Shown here: one piece after another, positions 37,101-50,339 of the stretch
How positions within the stretch are numbered: position 1 is the stretch's first letter
Layout of the letters: the number at the start of each line of letters is the position of its first letter
NCBI GenBank assembly: GCA_965644265.1
Contig: OZ286476.1
Coordinates: forward strand, 19,964,001-20,028,000
Length of the DNA stretch: 64,000 bases
Source: Glycera tridactyla
Taxonomy: Eukaryota
Reading direction: 5' to 3'
The notes under the pieces: generated by a model
Databases searched by the model: none
What the model was told of the DNA's origin: nothing
What the model saw: only the letters and a program-made list of their open reading frames with translations
Made by a program: the position numbers and the translations under genes

Positions 37101-38201
37101 TCTATCTGACAATGCACACCTATGAAATGCACCTGGGATTTTTTTATTTTTCACTCTCCACCAGAGAGCCAGTAGCAGTTCCTGAGTGATCACTTCTGAC
37201 GCCCATTGCATATGCATCCACAGTATAGCACTCCAGATACTGATTTGATGCCAAACCATGATCAATCAATTGCTAATGAATAAAATAAAATCATTCATCT
37301 GAGAGATTGCCATTTTATCCGTGACCATCTCACTTGATTCATTAAAGAATTTTGTATTTATACATCATCCATTAATGTGCCGATCTATACCTAAAATGGC
37401 AAAATCATGCTTGATGGACACCACACTTTTTATGTGTATATTACAATTAGAAATTGAGGCAATAGGGCCGACTGTATTCTTACTTGATTTTACGTGTTAT
37501 ATTTCATATCTGTGATATGAAGCTTGTTGGAACATCTTGTATGTACCATGGCTCCACTTTGATAAATAATTTATTTGTAGTGTTTTACATAAATAGGCAT
37601 GTAGACATGACCTGTGATATACCGAATCAAGATTGGTTTGTTTCTACGAAAAGACCCTGCCATTCTACTTGAATGTTTTAGGTGGGCTCTTGTTTTTTTA
37701 TGGATGGATGGTTATCCATCATCAGCCAGGCTATATAGCCAGTCATTTTTGAATCATTCACTGTCATCATTCTGAATGAGAAATACCCAATTTATGGGCA
37801 TGAATGAATTGGACTCATGGCTGTGACACTGTTCTATGTAATGTATGTCTATATCCAATCCATTGAGTGTCTTGAAATTTAATAAATTCTCATTTTAAAT
37901 CAGGTACCTGACCCTATTGCATGGATATCATAATATAGTCCTTGCGATGCTATGAGAAGAACCCAGATTTGTTTGATTGGTGTGAAATAACAGCATGGAG
38001 TTTTTGAGCATGTTTGTTTGTTTGTTTATTTGAAGTGCATGTCTTACTCATGTAAATAAAGAAAATGATGCTGATACTCTTTTCCGGACTTTGTTCTTCC
38101 TGGCTTTTGTTCTTGCACATTCCTGTATGATGTCTTGTTTCAGATATATTTTTGCACCATTCTTCACAGTTTGATCCACAGGAAATCAGTACTCATTATA
38201 G

Positions 38202-38373
38202 TACAGTGAAACCTGGGACCACCCTAACTGTCACCGAAAAGCGGTCTCTTGAAAGATGTGGTCTCGGTGAAGATATATTTGACTATGTCAAATGGAAAAG
38301 CTGCCCTGGAAAAGCGGCCTCCCGTCGAAGGTGGTCCATCATCAAGGGGTCTCTCGTCGCAGGTTTCACTGTA
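38202..38373 (+). mobile_element. MITE family M1 copy
   Basis: TA-CAGTGAAACCTG...CAGGTTTCACTG-TA perfect TIRs with TA flanks. Confidence 0.85.
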
Positions 38374-38959
38374 TTGTCTAGGAGGGATATATCATATTCT
38401 GGCTTCAGATTCCCGACACCTGAAATATTGTGATGCATTTTTTGATGCATTTCAAATTGATATGTAAGTGTAAATTTGGCTATTGTGATGCATTCTGGAT
38501 GCTCCCAGCCATATTCAAGAATGATGGCGAATATCAGAAGTCTTCTGTCATTGTGACTGACAAATTGAAATCTTCATTTTACACAGCAATGTTGGTGTAA
38601 TCTTTCCCATACCTTAGAGGTGGCTGTAGCTGATGTTAAGGTAACAACAAATCATGAATTAATGTAAAGAATACTTTGGTGACTTCTACCCCACGCACTG
38701 AGGGTCTGTGGTTTTAGAAAATAGACACATTGAGGACCCCGGAGGGGGGGAGTCTAGAGTGATCCCATCCATGCCTATTGCATGGGGTCTCGATATAGTA
38801 AAATAACCGTCCAAATTGTACAAGCATCAGCGCTACAGCATCGGCACTACTATATTCCACGAAGAGCTGAATATTCTTCATCAGATTCACATCAGGTGTT
38901 GGGAATCAAACCAGTATTTATTGTTTTTCCTCAATTTTCCATATAATTGATGGTCATAG

Positions 38960-39136
38960 TACAGTGAAATTTGTAATGATAGACTGACATGGAAGCCAAC
39001 AGGAAGTTGTCTTTTGAAAAAGATGGCACTTCCAGAGATACAAGTCGCTGTTCAATGAAAGGAGCCTTCTTGAGAAAGTGTCTCCCTTGATGGGTTGAAT
39101 TTTCGATCAGGGTCTCTCATCACATGTTACACTGTA
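38960..39136 (+). mobile_element. MITE family M1 copy (diverged)
   Basis: TACAGTGAAATTTG...CATGTTACACTGTA; interior aligns by eye with the 38202 copy. Confidence 0.6.
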
Positions 39137-40691
39137 CAGTTTCCATTGATGATACCATCAATTGTTACAGGTAAATGACTTTGCTGACCCTCTCTATCCT
39201 TTGCATCCTGCTGGTTAAGAATACAAGTGATTCATGAGTGATTCTATCTGCCCTGTGGTTGAAGGACTCTGTCAATAACCCACATACTCTCTTTGCCCTC
39301 TGACCTTGCATCTTCTATCACTTCTTCAATGAGTGGTGTTCTAAATATAGCAGTTTACTGGCCAATTACTAATTACAATTTAAATCCTACCATGCATGAT
39401 ATCATCCTTATATCATTCTGCATGGACGTGCACCCATCAATGCAATAATTTCCCGACAGAATACGCAGAACTGATGACTGATTACTCAAGATAGGGAAAG
39501 AGGCGCATCCAGGGAAAAAGTAGGACTGATCAACATGTGATATCAATTTGGTCACTGTATAAAGTGCCAAATTTTAGGTAGGTATTTTTTTTCTGCAAAG
39601 AAAGATTATGCTAAGACTGAGATCAGGGAAGAAATGGACATGATTTTGAGTAATGATTTAGTTTTAGATCTCACCCACATTGTTCGAAACATCCAGCTTA
39701 GAATAAACCATAGTGGCTATTGAGGTTTCATGTGGTCGAAAATATTGTGGTCATTTCTTGGATCACTAATGGAATGATGAGAGAAATTCCTTTGACAGAA
39801 TGCCCCATTTTGATTGTCATGATACTTCATCTCTTCTGTTGAGAATTCATTCACCTTAGAAAAGAGAATTCATCCACCTTTGGACAAATTTAGGAAATGA
39901 TTGAGACAATTTGGTGTCTGTCTTGGGGTCTTGGTCATATGCTGAATCAAATTCAAGATTGACTGACCATTGCAACAAAACAGTCACATTACCAAAAGCC
40001 AAACTTAATGTTCTATATAGATCACCTTTGGACCAAGAATGTCCTATCAAGATCCCCCAGGTCAGTTTTGTATGACTGGCATGGGTTACCATGACAAACA
40101 GAATTGAATTGAATTGAATTGTTTCTTATCGATCATCGTGATAGTCTCAATCTCATGATGTCAAAATCCTCCAACAACATCTCCAAAGCTACTGATGTCT
40201 TGCTGGATCAGAACCAGCTTGGCAATAAATTTGAGGTCTTTTTTCACTAAATGCATATTTTTCTAATCCTGATAGCTATTCACGCAATTATGGCACCATG
40301 AAATATGATGGAATCAGCTGGGGCATTTATCAGATATATTCCTGACCACAAGGAATCAAAATGAATATCACTGCATCTATAGATATGAACACAATACAGT
40401 CTAAAACACAGTCCTCTTCTCTACACTGTTCTGAATAACCAGGTTCCTGATCATCTCAGGATGCCCGTAGCCACCTTGGCCCTACACAAAACATTCAGGG
40501 GCCTTGGTGGGAAACTAGGGCATTTTGATATGATTATGTATTTCTCAAAGATTGCTATTCTCAAATTTTGAAATACCCTGATGATTCACTAATCAGAAGA
40601 CTAGTATCAGCATTCTGTAGATAATGTCTGATACCTTTGCAATTGTTTGGATCAACTATTGAGGGTGAGCTATGTCTCAAGGGCCCAATAG

Positions 40692-40858
40692 TACAGTGAA
40701 ACCTGCAACCAGAGGCCGCCCTAAATATCACAAAAAAGCGGTCTCTCAAAAGAGGTGGTCTCCCATCAGAGGTACCTTTGATTATGTTGGATAGAGAAGC
40801 TGCACTGAGAATGTGGTCATCTGTGGGAGGTGGTCTCTTCTTGCAGGTTTGACTAGTA
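40692..40858 (+). mobile_element. MITE family M1 copy
   Basis: TACAGTGAAACCTGC...GCAGGTTTGACTAGTA; shared AAAGCGGTCTCT and GAGGTGGTCTC interior. Confidence 0.75.
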
Positions 40859-40985
40859 TCCACTCTAGAGAACATGTTAAACTTGAAAAAATGGGAACAC
40901 TTTTATTTTCAAATTGAAAGTAATTAACAACTGCAGATTTTGACTCACTTAGGATCAGTATTCTGTATCTCACAATGTATCCCTA

Positions 40986-41165
40986 TACAGTGAAAGCTGC
41001 GACGAGAGACCGCCCTAAATGTCACCAAAAAATGGTCTCTCAAAAGAGGTGGTCTCTCATCAGAGGTATATTTGACTCTGTCAAATAGGAAAGCTGCCCT
41101 GGAAAAGCGGTCTCCCGTGGAGGTGGTCTCATGTCAGGGGGTCTCTCGTCGCAGGTTTAACTGTA
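40986..41165 (+). mobile_element. MITE family M1 copy
   Basis: TACAGTGAAAGCTGCGACGAGAGACC...GGTCTCTCGTCGCAGGTTTAACTGTA. Confidence 0.85.
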
Positions 41166-42426
41166 GCCAAATTGACTACTTCGGTCACTTATCCTTCAGC
41201 TTGTGGTAGTTGATCGAGATAGCCCGTTTGGCTACCAGAACACCAGGAAGTTTTGAATAGAATCTCGAGTGAGTGAACTCTGAAGTGAGTAGAAATTCAA
41301 CCATGAATGCCTGGAACATGTGTAGGAGGACTGTGTTTATATCTTATGTCACTGTTCAGTACAGTGCTATACAATTACAGTTTGCCATGTTGGGCTGTGT
41401 GCTCAGTACAGCATACAATAGCTGGATTTCCGCTGCTCGTTCCTGCCACTTTGGAGGCTGGAAAATAGCAACATACAGGTTCTAGAGTGGAGCAAATGAT
41501 GAACTTGACACTCCTGACACTGTGCTACCCATCAGCGAAATCGCCAATCCTGGCCAAATCTTGTCTCATTCTCCCTTTTTTAGCATCATTAGAAAAAAAC
41601 TATTGTGGCACACTTCTTTTGCAGTTCTATTCAAAACAATAATTATGAGTGTTCTATCATTGGTTCGCATCAAAAGGACATGAACTCACTCTGTTTATCG
41701 TGTCAGGTTGAGGTGCAATTAACATTTGCACCGTAATTTGGTGAGCTCGGTCCCTTGTGATCAGATTTCACACCTTTTGTTCATGCATCTCGACTCATTG
41801 TCAGATTAAATCACCCAGAAATATTGAGGTCAATATTATTCGGAAAGAACATGAAGAGTCAATTCATCAATTTACAATGAAGATGTGTTCACTGATGAAA
41901 GTTTTCAGATAATTATCTAATCAGATATTTTGCCCACATTTTAAGATATTTTTATCATAATGTAAATTTCGCGATGAAGAATGATTTCAGATATTTTTGT
42001 GATAGCAACATTCATCCCTGTATGTACAAAAAATGAGACAACGTTGAGCTGAATGTATGCATCCCATTTTGCTGCTGGCATCAGTGTTGGGTCTTTGTGC
42101 TCATCGCCGGTTCCACTCTAGTACCAGTATGTAGTGATTTGCCGGCTGTCTGAGTGGCTGGAAGAAGGTGCGGAAATCAAGCAATTAGACAGTAAGTAGC
42201 CATATTCAGCTTGAGGCTGAAAAATACGATTTTGTTCTGACTATTCACTTTCTGATATGTGGCTATTCACTATCTGATTTGTAGCTTGATCCAGTATGCA
42301 GTTCATGGTGTCAAACGGATTCTATTTATAGCACATGTATCATAATGAGACCAGCGGGCTCAGTGCTCCCAATGAGCTGTGCGCTCCAAAAGGCTTGGCT
42401 TGCACATAGGTATATGCAATATACTT

Positions 42427-42606
42427 CACAGTGAAACCTGCGACAAGAGACCAACTTGAATGTCACCAGAAAGTGGTCTCAAGAGAGGTGGTTTCTCTTC
42501 AGAGGTATGTTTGACTACATTTCAAAGGGAGGTGATGCTCTGTGAGAGCGGTCTTCTATAAGAGGTGGTCTCTCATTTGTTGTCTCTTGTCGCAGGTTTC
42601 ACTGTA
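42427..42606 (+). mobile_element. MITE family M1 copy
   Basis: CAGTGAAACCTGCGACAAGAGAC...GTCTCTTGTCGCAGGTTTCACTG-TA, a long perfect TIR. Confidence 0.85.
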
Positions 42607-44320
42607 TATTGAATGACCAATATCTGTATACACATGTAACAACTCACATGATATCATGGTCAGAACAGGAAGTCAACAGATTGATGATTTTATATTTCTA
42701 TGCTGCACAACAAAATTTGCATAAATGTGGGACTACTGTATTTTATAGTTCAGAATTGGAATATAGCTTTTTGGGGTTCAGTCATCCCTGTAGCATACTT
42801 TGGGACTGGAAGCCAGGTGTGATAGATTGATTAGTACATTAGTAATCAGATAAGATGAGCTGGTACAAATCAGAAATGATCTGGTTTTGAATAGCACAGG
42901 ATTAACATTTGGTCCAGAGAAATCCCAGGAATACATAAAATTGGACATTCTCAGTTCAGGTCTTGTCCCTGAAATGATGTATTCGAGTGCAGATTATCAG
43001 TTTTTCTGTCAGGTAAGTAGGCTCCTGTGGCCCATGGACCGGAAACATCATCGTCCAAAATAATGGGCCTATTCATCCATGATTAATAGGGATGTTAGTG
43101 CTAGATCAGTTGATTAATAGTAGGGTACATTGAAGGGCTGAAAGGCAGAATGGGGGCCAAGTGCCCAGGCCCTTCACAATTTTGAAGCTCTGCAAATGAG
43201 CTGGAGTTCCTATGTCATTTATTTGATATTTTTTGCCCCATGAGACACCAGTGAAGCCACACAGGAGTTTGATGGAGCAGTGTTTAAAGGAAATATTCTG
43301 AATGCTTAGTGGTCGCTGGAATATCTATGCTCTGGGAATCCCAGGACTTTATTGCATACCAGCATGTAGAGAATCCTCAAAATAACCTCTGCTGGATTTC
43401 ATTCTGTGATCACATTATTGTGTACTTTATTTTGTGGCGGTATAGGTAATCAATTCTGAGTGACTTTCTGTTTTTATCATGGTTTTATATGATTCTGTTA
43501 TTTCTATGATGAATTTCATTCAGCAGTAATTTTTCAAAAGTTTCAGATAATATTAGAGATTGTACAATAGTTGCCCCTATATGGTATGGGTTGTGCTGTG
43601 CTGCCAGTCTCCGAGGAGGGAGAAATTTCTTTTCACTTTTATTCGAGCCTATCTTCAAATTAGTTGATTCACTGCTGGATGTAATCATCATATTATACAT
43701 GTATTGTCATTCATGATTTTCGACTAAACCTTCAATGAATTTCCAAGCGCTTCTGCTGTGAACATATATATCTTGATATTATGGATGAATTTTCCTTGTG
43801 TTTAATCACATGTTTTGGGCTTCCTTAGTAGCCAAAATATGTGATTGGCATGGAAGAATTTCATTCATAGGCTTCCACTGTTGTTCAGATATAAATTTTT
43901 GAATTCAAATTTCCATATGCTGTTGGCATTTTGAGCTTCCTGAGTAGTCCAAAATGTGATCAGGATATGGATATTCATGCCTCTGGTTACTGACTACAAT
44001 CACAGAGATGGCATGCACAGTGATATTCATTTCAAGGGAATCATTATAGAGTATACTGGGAGTAACCCTAGAGGAAGTCAGGTAAACTCTCAAAATTATC
44101 ATAAATATTGTAGTGGGAACTGATTTTTTATGGAGGGAAAAAGCATGAGGTTAAGTATTCACCATTAGGATTCAATTTGCTATATGTATACTTACGAAGA
44201 TAGGCATCAATAATATGAGGCAATGATATTTGAGGAAGGAGTGTTTCATCGCTTAAAATGGAGGAGGAAGGGAGGAGAAGCTCGACCCATCAACATGGAT
44301 GCTGCGAGAACCTTCTGGAT

Positions 44321-44507
44321 NNNNNNNNNNNNNNNNNNNNNNNNNNNNNNNNNNNNNNNNNNNNNNNNNNNNNNNNNNNNNNNNNNNNNNNNNNNNNNNN
44401 NNNNNNNNNNNNNNNNNNNNNNNNNNNNNNNNNNNNNNNNNNNNNNNNNNNNNNNNNNNNNNNNNNNNNNNNNNNNNNNNNNNNNNNNNNNNNNNNNNNN
44501 NNNNNNN
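44321..44507. other. Assembly gap (187 N)
   Basis: N run. Confidence 1.
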
Positions 44508-44539
44508 GTTCCGTGTTCTGTTGGTAATAAAAGGTTGAG

Positions 44540-44605
44540 TGTGCGTGCATGCGTGCGTGCATGCATGCATGTTTGATGGTGATGTGTGCGTGTGTGCATG
44601 TGTGA
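44540..44605. repeat. (GT/GTGC/ATGC)n compound microsatellite next to an assembly gap
   Basis: Direct reading. Confidence 0.85.
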
Positions 44606-45327
44606 GTATTTGAATAAGTGTCAAAGCATTTGAAACATAATAAGGTAATTCCACTCTTTGTGAGCAAAAAATGGATTTACATGTTAATTCATCATTATCG
44701 AATTCCGGAAGATTGAAATCAAGTGCTTCAATCCTTGTCACAATCAGAGACATTCATGTAACAACAAAATTACCTTTTGAGAAAGTGGTTTGATGAAAAC
44801 TGCTGGTCTCTCTTTTTGTGGATTCTTGTCACAGGTTTGGTCCAATCTGGTATGGGCTTGATATGAACCATTGGCCTTTTTGTGTGTCCATCACTTCCAG
44901 GGAGTGAGTCTGGGTGTTGAATGTGTGTTCGCATGTACGTGTATGTGTGTAGATATTATTACAATTCATCAGCTGGATTTTCTCTTCTTCAGTCACAGGT
45001 AAAATGCATGGTCTCAAAGAACAGGTGGTCTCAGAAAACAGGACTCGTGAGCATATCCATTGAAAAGAAACTCACCAATGTCTCATTTACTAATTTACTT
45101 GTATAAAAAATTCATCAGTTTTCCACCATCATCAATTCATTCCATGGAAGCTCCTCGATCTTCAATCTGGTTCCTGAAATATATTATCTACTGTGTCACT
45201 GCAAATTATCAATTTTGCGCCCTTTTAAGTAGTCTCTTGTGGCCGAGTCATATTTTTTCAACTTGCCCCCAATTCAGCCTTTTGGTTTTGGATGTATGAC
45301 ATACATACATTCATCAATTTATGACAT

Positions 45328-45462
45328 GTGGGTGGAGGTGTGTTGGAATAGATGAATACTTCCACTTACCTCACTTGACAACCTTGTGTTTGGGATATGT
45401 GAGAGTGATGCCTGCAGGGGGCCAAGCATAAAATCATCACTTTTGACCGTCGCTTAGGCAAG
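45328..45462 (+). ncRNA. Intronic structured-element family, degenerate copy H3
   Basis: TGTGAGAGTGATGCCTGCAG core; GAGAGTGATG pairs with CATCACTTTT; shares upstream TACTTCCACTT with H5. Confidence 0.4.
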
Positions 45463-45613
45463 GATGAAGCTTGAAAATCAGATAAATTTCAATGTCCTCT
45501 AAGAGAATTCATGTTGGGTTTCTTTCCACTGGAACTGCTCATCTCTTTTACACAATCTGTTGCTATTTATCCAAGCATATTGCTCATGATACATGTGCCT
45601 TTCATTGTAACAG

Positions 45614-46228
45614 GAGAGACGAAGACCACGGAAACCACAACGGTAACCAAGACAACCAAGAAGATGGTAACACAGACCAAGCAGGTGCAGGTTGCTAAGC
45701 AGGAGATGAAAGGTGAGGATGATGATGATACAAAGTTTTCTGGTAGTGATGATGAAAAGTCGAGTATCCATAGCGACGAGATATTGCCACATTTCAAGTA
45801 CACAAGCACAGATATTGATGATGTCATGAATAGATTAGCGAAGATTGAATCCGAAAACGGTGATGGCGAGGGAGATGTTGCCAGCGTACGTCCTGATAAT
45901 GGTTCCCCTTTGGAAATGCATGCTGGGATGTTCAATGCCAAAGATAAATCCCCGATGTTCATTGTTCCACTGATATCGCAAGAGGTCACAGAGGGTCATC
46001 CAGTGATTTTCGAAGCAAAAGTTCAAGGTGATCCGCTACCAACAGTGAAGTGGTATTTCGACGAAGAGGAGCTAACAGACACACAGATTTATGAGTTTGT
46101 TTCAACACCAGATGGCATTGTTCGTTTGGAGATACATGAAACGTTCTCGGAAGATGAAGGAGAATACGTTTGTGTCGCAACTAACCCGCATGGCACGTGT
46201 GACACCTCCGCTAGGCTCATATTAACAG
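45614..46228 (+). CDS. Exon 25: Thr/acidic linker plus Ig (symmetric phase 1)
   Basis: Acceptor gtaacag; SPMF...FEAKVQGDPLPTVKW...EDEGEYVC; donor G|GTGTGT; follows a 14.4-kb intron in which I found no other convincing exon. Confidence 0.87.
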
Positions 46229-46944
46229 GTGTGTCCCTATGCTTGCTTCTCAAACCTGGAGACCATTCAACAAAGGCTTCAAGCTACCTCATATCTATAG
46301 ATACATGTCATGGTACATGGCACTATATGGTTATGTGATAACCTGAACTTAAGTTTGATTGTCTCCACTGCAGCTTCAAGAAAATCACCAACAAAATTGT
46401 CCATGATACTTTCCCATTGCATTTGTGTAGTGGATGGTTTTATGGCAAAGAAAGAATTTCAGAATTGAAACGGCATTTCAATTTATTCAGTTCATCAATT
46501 TTACTTGGGTATAATAATCTAAAGAAGGGCTGGAATTGAATCCCAGCTATAAGTTAGCCCTGAGTAAGCATTGGATTTGTTGCCATAGTTTTCTGGAATC
46601 AGATATGGCGGGTCCTGAACTTTGAATCCGTATGATTATAGTTGGTGATTTCACTGAAGTTTGTTGCATATCTACTTGGTCAGTGCATCTCAACTGGATT
46701 GGTACCTTTTAGTTCCAAAGATAGCAACTATTTCAATGGGCTTGTCTGATTAAAAACCTTTATTTTGGCATCCTGCTCCTTGTCAGTGGGTAGGGTGATG
46801 GCCTTGCCACATCAATAGATGACATTTGAATACATAATTCCCACTACATAAAGTTCAGATTGGAAAAGTTCTAGTTACAAGATATGAAGTACATGGTGCA
46901 CACAAGTCAGGCAAGAATTGAAGGAGTGTTTACTCATTCTCACA

Positions 46945-47069
46945 TACTTGCACATTATCTTGTGTTCAGGGTTTGTGAGAGTGATGTCTGCAGGGCAGAG
47001 AACATCTAGCTTTCATTAACCAGGAACACAAGGCATTCATAACCCTAGGATCAACACATGCCGTTAAAC
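46945..47069 (+). ncRNA. Intronic structured-element family, copy H4 (hairpin 46959-47032)
   Basis: CTTGTGTTC/GAACACAAG perfect basal stem; about 30 bp paired in total. Confidence 0.55.
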
Positions 47070-47990
47070 CTATGAAATAAATAAAAAATTGAATGAATTC
47101 ACGAATAATGAATAGATCCATCAATTTATGAACAGATGATCACATTGACCAATGCTAGTGGGTACGCTGGTTTTCCATACACAAAAGACAAATCCTCAAT
47201 AACATTGCTTTTCCTCATGTATGCATTCTCATGGAAATGTTGAGGAAAAAGGAAATAGACAGTCAGTAAATCAATCCATGCGCACCATTCAATGACCAAG
47301 TGGATATTGCTATTATCTCCATCATTGTATTGCCTGGACAACCACTACATTTATTGCATTACCTAATTTGTCATTCTCATCCACATAATCATCACCATAA
47401 TACAATCATTATTGTCTTACCTTGCATTTTCATCCACATAATCATGACCCTCATCCCCATCATTGTGTTTCCTTGGTAACAACTGCATTCATTCATCAGT
47501 AAATCATCTTCAGCTTCATCATTGTGTCCTGCATCCTTCCTATTCATGGCATGCCAAGCTGAAAGATTTGGTGAGAAACCCTTGGTTGTTTTTCAAATTT
47601 TCAGCCAGAGCTCTACTTTCAAGCCTGCTCTACTCTCAGTAAAAGGAAATCAGTGTAAATTTGTGAGGCATGAGCAGGCGAAAATATTGAGAAAGACTGG
47701 TTAAAATTTGGCTTCACCTTTCAGAGTGATGTTCCATGAATTGCCATGCCTTCAAATGGTATTTATTGTCAATTCAAAAGTAATTGGTGCAATTTCCTTG
47801 GGATGACACAGCTCACTTGTTGCCATGGCAATGGTGACTATCACTTTGAAGGATATGGCACAGTTGGTCATCTTTTTTCCCTTTTGGCATGAATACCAGT
47901 AAGTAGTATAGTAGTATAGTTTGTATGAAGAAAAATCAAAACCTTGATATCTCTCATTTGATAACTTCTCACTGAATGATAAAGCTGGCA

Positions 47991-48070
47991 TACAGTAAAC
48001 CCTGTTATAGACCCTGCCCCAAATTACATGAAAATGGTCTTACTAAACAGGTGCCCTCTCGTCATGGGTA
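47991..48070 (+). mobile_element. Truncated CAGT-ended MITE fragment
   Basis: TACAGTAAACCCTG...AAAATGGTCTT...CAGGTG; no right TIR found. Confidence 0.4.
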
Positions 48071-48167
48071 TATTATGAGTGCTTGAAGGAATGCATACCC
48101 ATACATTCACACATGCATGCATGCAAATTCCTCTGCTCTCACACTCAGACATCCACATACCTCCCCC

Positions 48168-48193
48168 ACACACACATACACACGCGTGTGCAC

Positions 48194-48256
<63 letters not shown>
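48168..48256. repeat. (CA)n microsatellite
   Basis: Direct reading. Confidence 0.97.
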
Positions 48257-48258
<2 letters not shown>

Positions 48259-49122
48259 ATTTCGTAGGTGAACGCATGTGGAATGATACCAGCATGTAAA
48301 TATACTCTCAGAAACATGTACTGACCCGGCATAGTTCCATCGTCTCCCATTCAATACCCATTATCAATCATTTACTAGCACTGCATTGTTTGTGGAGTAC
48401 ATCTACATAAGTATCCAAAATCACAGCAATAACATCATTGCCTTTCACAGATCCCTAATTTGTAATTCCAGTGTCATGTTTGCATTGCATTTGCTTTTCC
48501 TTCTCTAACAAAGTGTCCATATGAATCTTTGCATCACTGCCCTTGGTACCTCCATGGTAGGTCCTGCTTGTGATGTCACTGCATAACTCACTTGTCCTGA
48601 TCATGTGTGGCTCCGAAACAATTTTGATGTTTCATGTGTCTGAGGTATGTTTCCCTGCTATGTGACTAACTGAAAAGTATTCTCCTTCAGATGGTTTTCA
48701 AACAAATGAAACAATCTTATCAGGTAAACTCAGCCAATTCTCATCATTAGCGTGGTGTTCAAAGCGACCTCCTGTGATATTTGTTAGGATTTTCAAGACG
48801 GGAAGTTAGTTGACTACATTTCAGATTCGATGGTTGTACACATTTTTTTCTAGGTGTATCAATTCGGAAGTATGTGCAGCATCATGATCTCTCGCCATGG
48901 CAACATTTATTCTTGCTTACTATTTAAATGCTTACTGTGCTTATATATCACTATAAAGATAATTCAGCTATCTCTTACGCGACAATATGCTAAAGCTTGT
49001 CAATCTTCTCACTTGAACTTATTCTTTGCTGGTGGATATGCAGATGATTCTGAATTATTTTATGTACCTTGATAATATTGTAATCTTATTTATGCTCATA
49101 ATGGTGATGGGAAACATGCTGA

Positions 49123-49422
49123 TACAGTGAGACTTGCAGGAGACCACCCCAAATGTCTCAGAAAGCAGTCATTTGGGAGAGGTGGCTCAATTGGAGGTAT
49201 ATTCGACTTCAGTCAAAACCATGAGGAACCACTTTCAAGGAGCCAAAAATGGTTGCTTGAGAAGAATTGAAAAGTGACTTCTCAAAGCAGATTGTGAACT
49301 CATACATTGGTTGCTTGATGCAGGTTCCACTGTATGTCAAACAGGAAAGCTGCCTAGAGAAGGTGGTCAGTCTCCCAGCAGTGTAGTCCTCATATTGGGG
49401 TCTCATCGCACGTCTCACTGTA
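49123..49422 (+). mobile_element. MITE family M1 copy interrupted by a nested 123-bp MITE (49210-49332)
   Basis: Outer TACAGTGAGAC...GTCTCACTGTA; inner CAGTCAAAACC...GGTTCCACTG-TA; outer minus insert is about 175 bp, like intact copies. Confidence 0.7.
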
Positions 49423-50339
49423 GTGATCTCATTGCCAGATGAGCTGAAGGGTTTTACTCTTCAATAAATATGGGTCCAGCTGTATATTTAATGGAAGCTG
49501 GTATCTGCTTTGGTCTATTTCCACTGAAGTTCACTGGAGATCATCAAGACAGATCATAAGAAATTTAATCTGGCCATGAGAGAGACAGCATTATGTATAT
49601 ACTCATTGCTTTGTATTGTATCAACACATTTTGCCCAATATATTTGCTGATTCATTTGCTTTTGCTGATGTAACTTGCTGGTATTTATCAACAATTATAT
49701 GAAATTGGTGCCAGTCTTTAATAGTATCTATTTCAGCATTTCTTCCTCACAGCAAATATGTCTCTTGGGATCTTTGATGATTTTCATCTTTTTCTTGATT
49801 TCTCAACATCTCCTCTTTTATGTTTTCCTCTGGTCATTTTATGATTTCACCTTTGTTTTCCATGATTCAGAATTGGACTATGTCCTTTTTTATTGCTAGG
49901 ACGAAAGCAACATGGAGAATTTACTCCAATTTTGATGCCATATATATTTTAGTTTTATCCTGTTTTTCCAACATCATTTCGATTCTCATATCTTGATTTT
50001 CAGATACCCTCATTTGACCTATTGAAATGTGACAGAAATAGTGATATTAGAATTATAGGTACCGGTAAATCATCAATCATTAGAACTTCTCATTCCTGGC
50101 TTCACATCGGATTGCTGTTGTGAATCAGACGCGTAATTTGGACACACCGTTTTCGTGGATCACTCTAGGGTTCCGTGATGTTATCGGAATCAGGAAATAT
50201 TTTGTACAATAATAAGTTGAACTTGAAACAAAATGTTGTTATTCCTGTCACACTTAAAGGATCCAGTTCATCCTGAGCATTATTTATCCATATCCTGTGT
50301 TGTCATTGTCATGATTTTATGTTGTTTCTTTGCACCCAG

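Noticed and set aside
43128-43176. Inverted repeat TGAAGGGC...GCCCTTCA
   Set aside because: Single 8-bp stem with no second copy found; probably chance or a transposon relic
44223-44320. Purine-rich coding-like stretch before the second gap (possible retroelement remnant)
   Set aside because: Too short and truncated by Ns to support any call
45614-46228. Higher CpG density of exon 25 as a sign of a nearby internal promoter
   Set aside because: Exons 1 and 3 are similarly CpG-rich, so this likely reflects codon usage of conserved Ig exons
46959-47035. Hairpin family as H/ACA or C/D snoRNA, SECIS, or a known miRNA
   Set aside because: The ACA is explained by pairing with TGTGT; an ANANNA box is present only in H4; there is no pseudouridylation pocket, CUGA box or GA/GA quartet; neither arm matches a conserved miRNA I recall. 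The identity is left open rather than assigned
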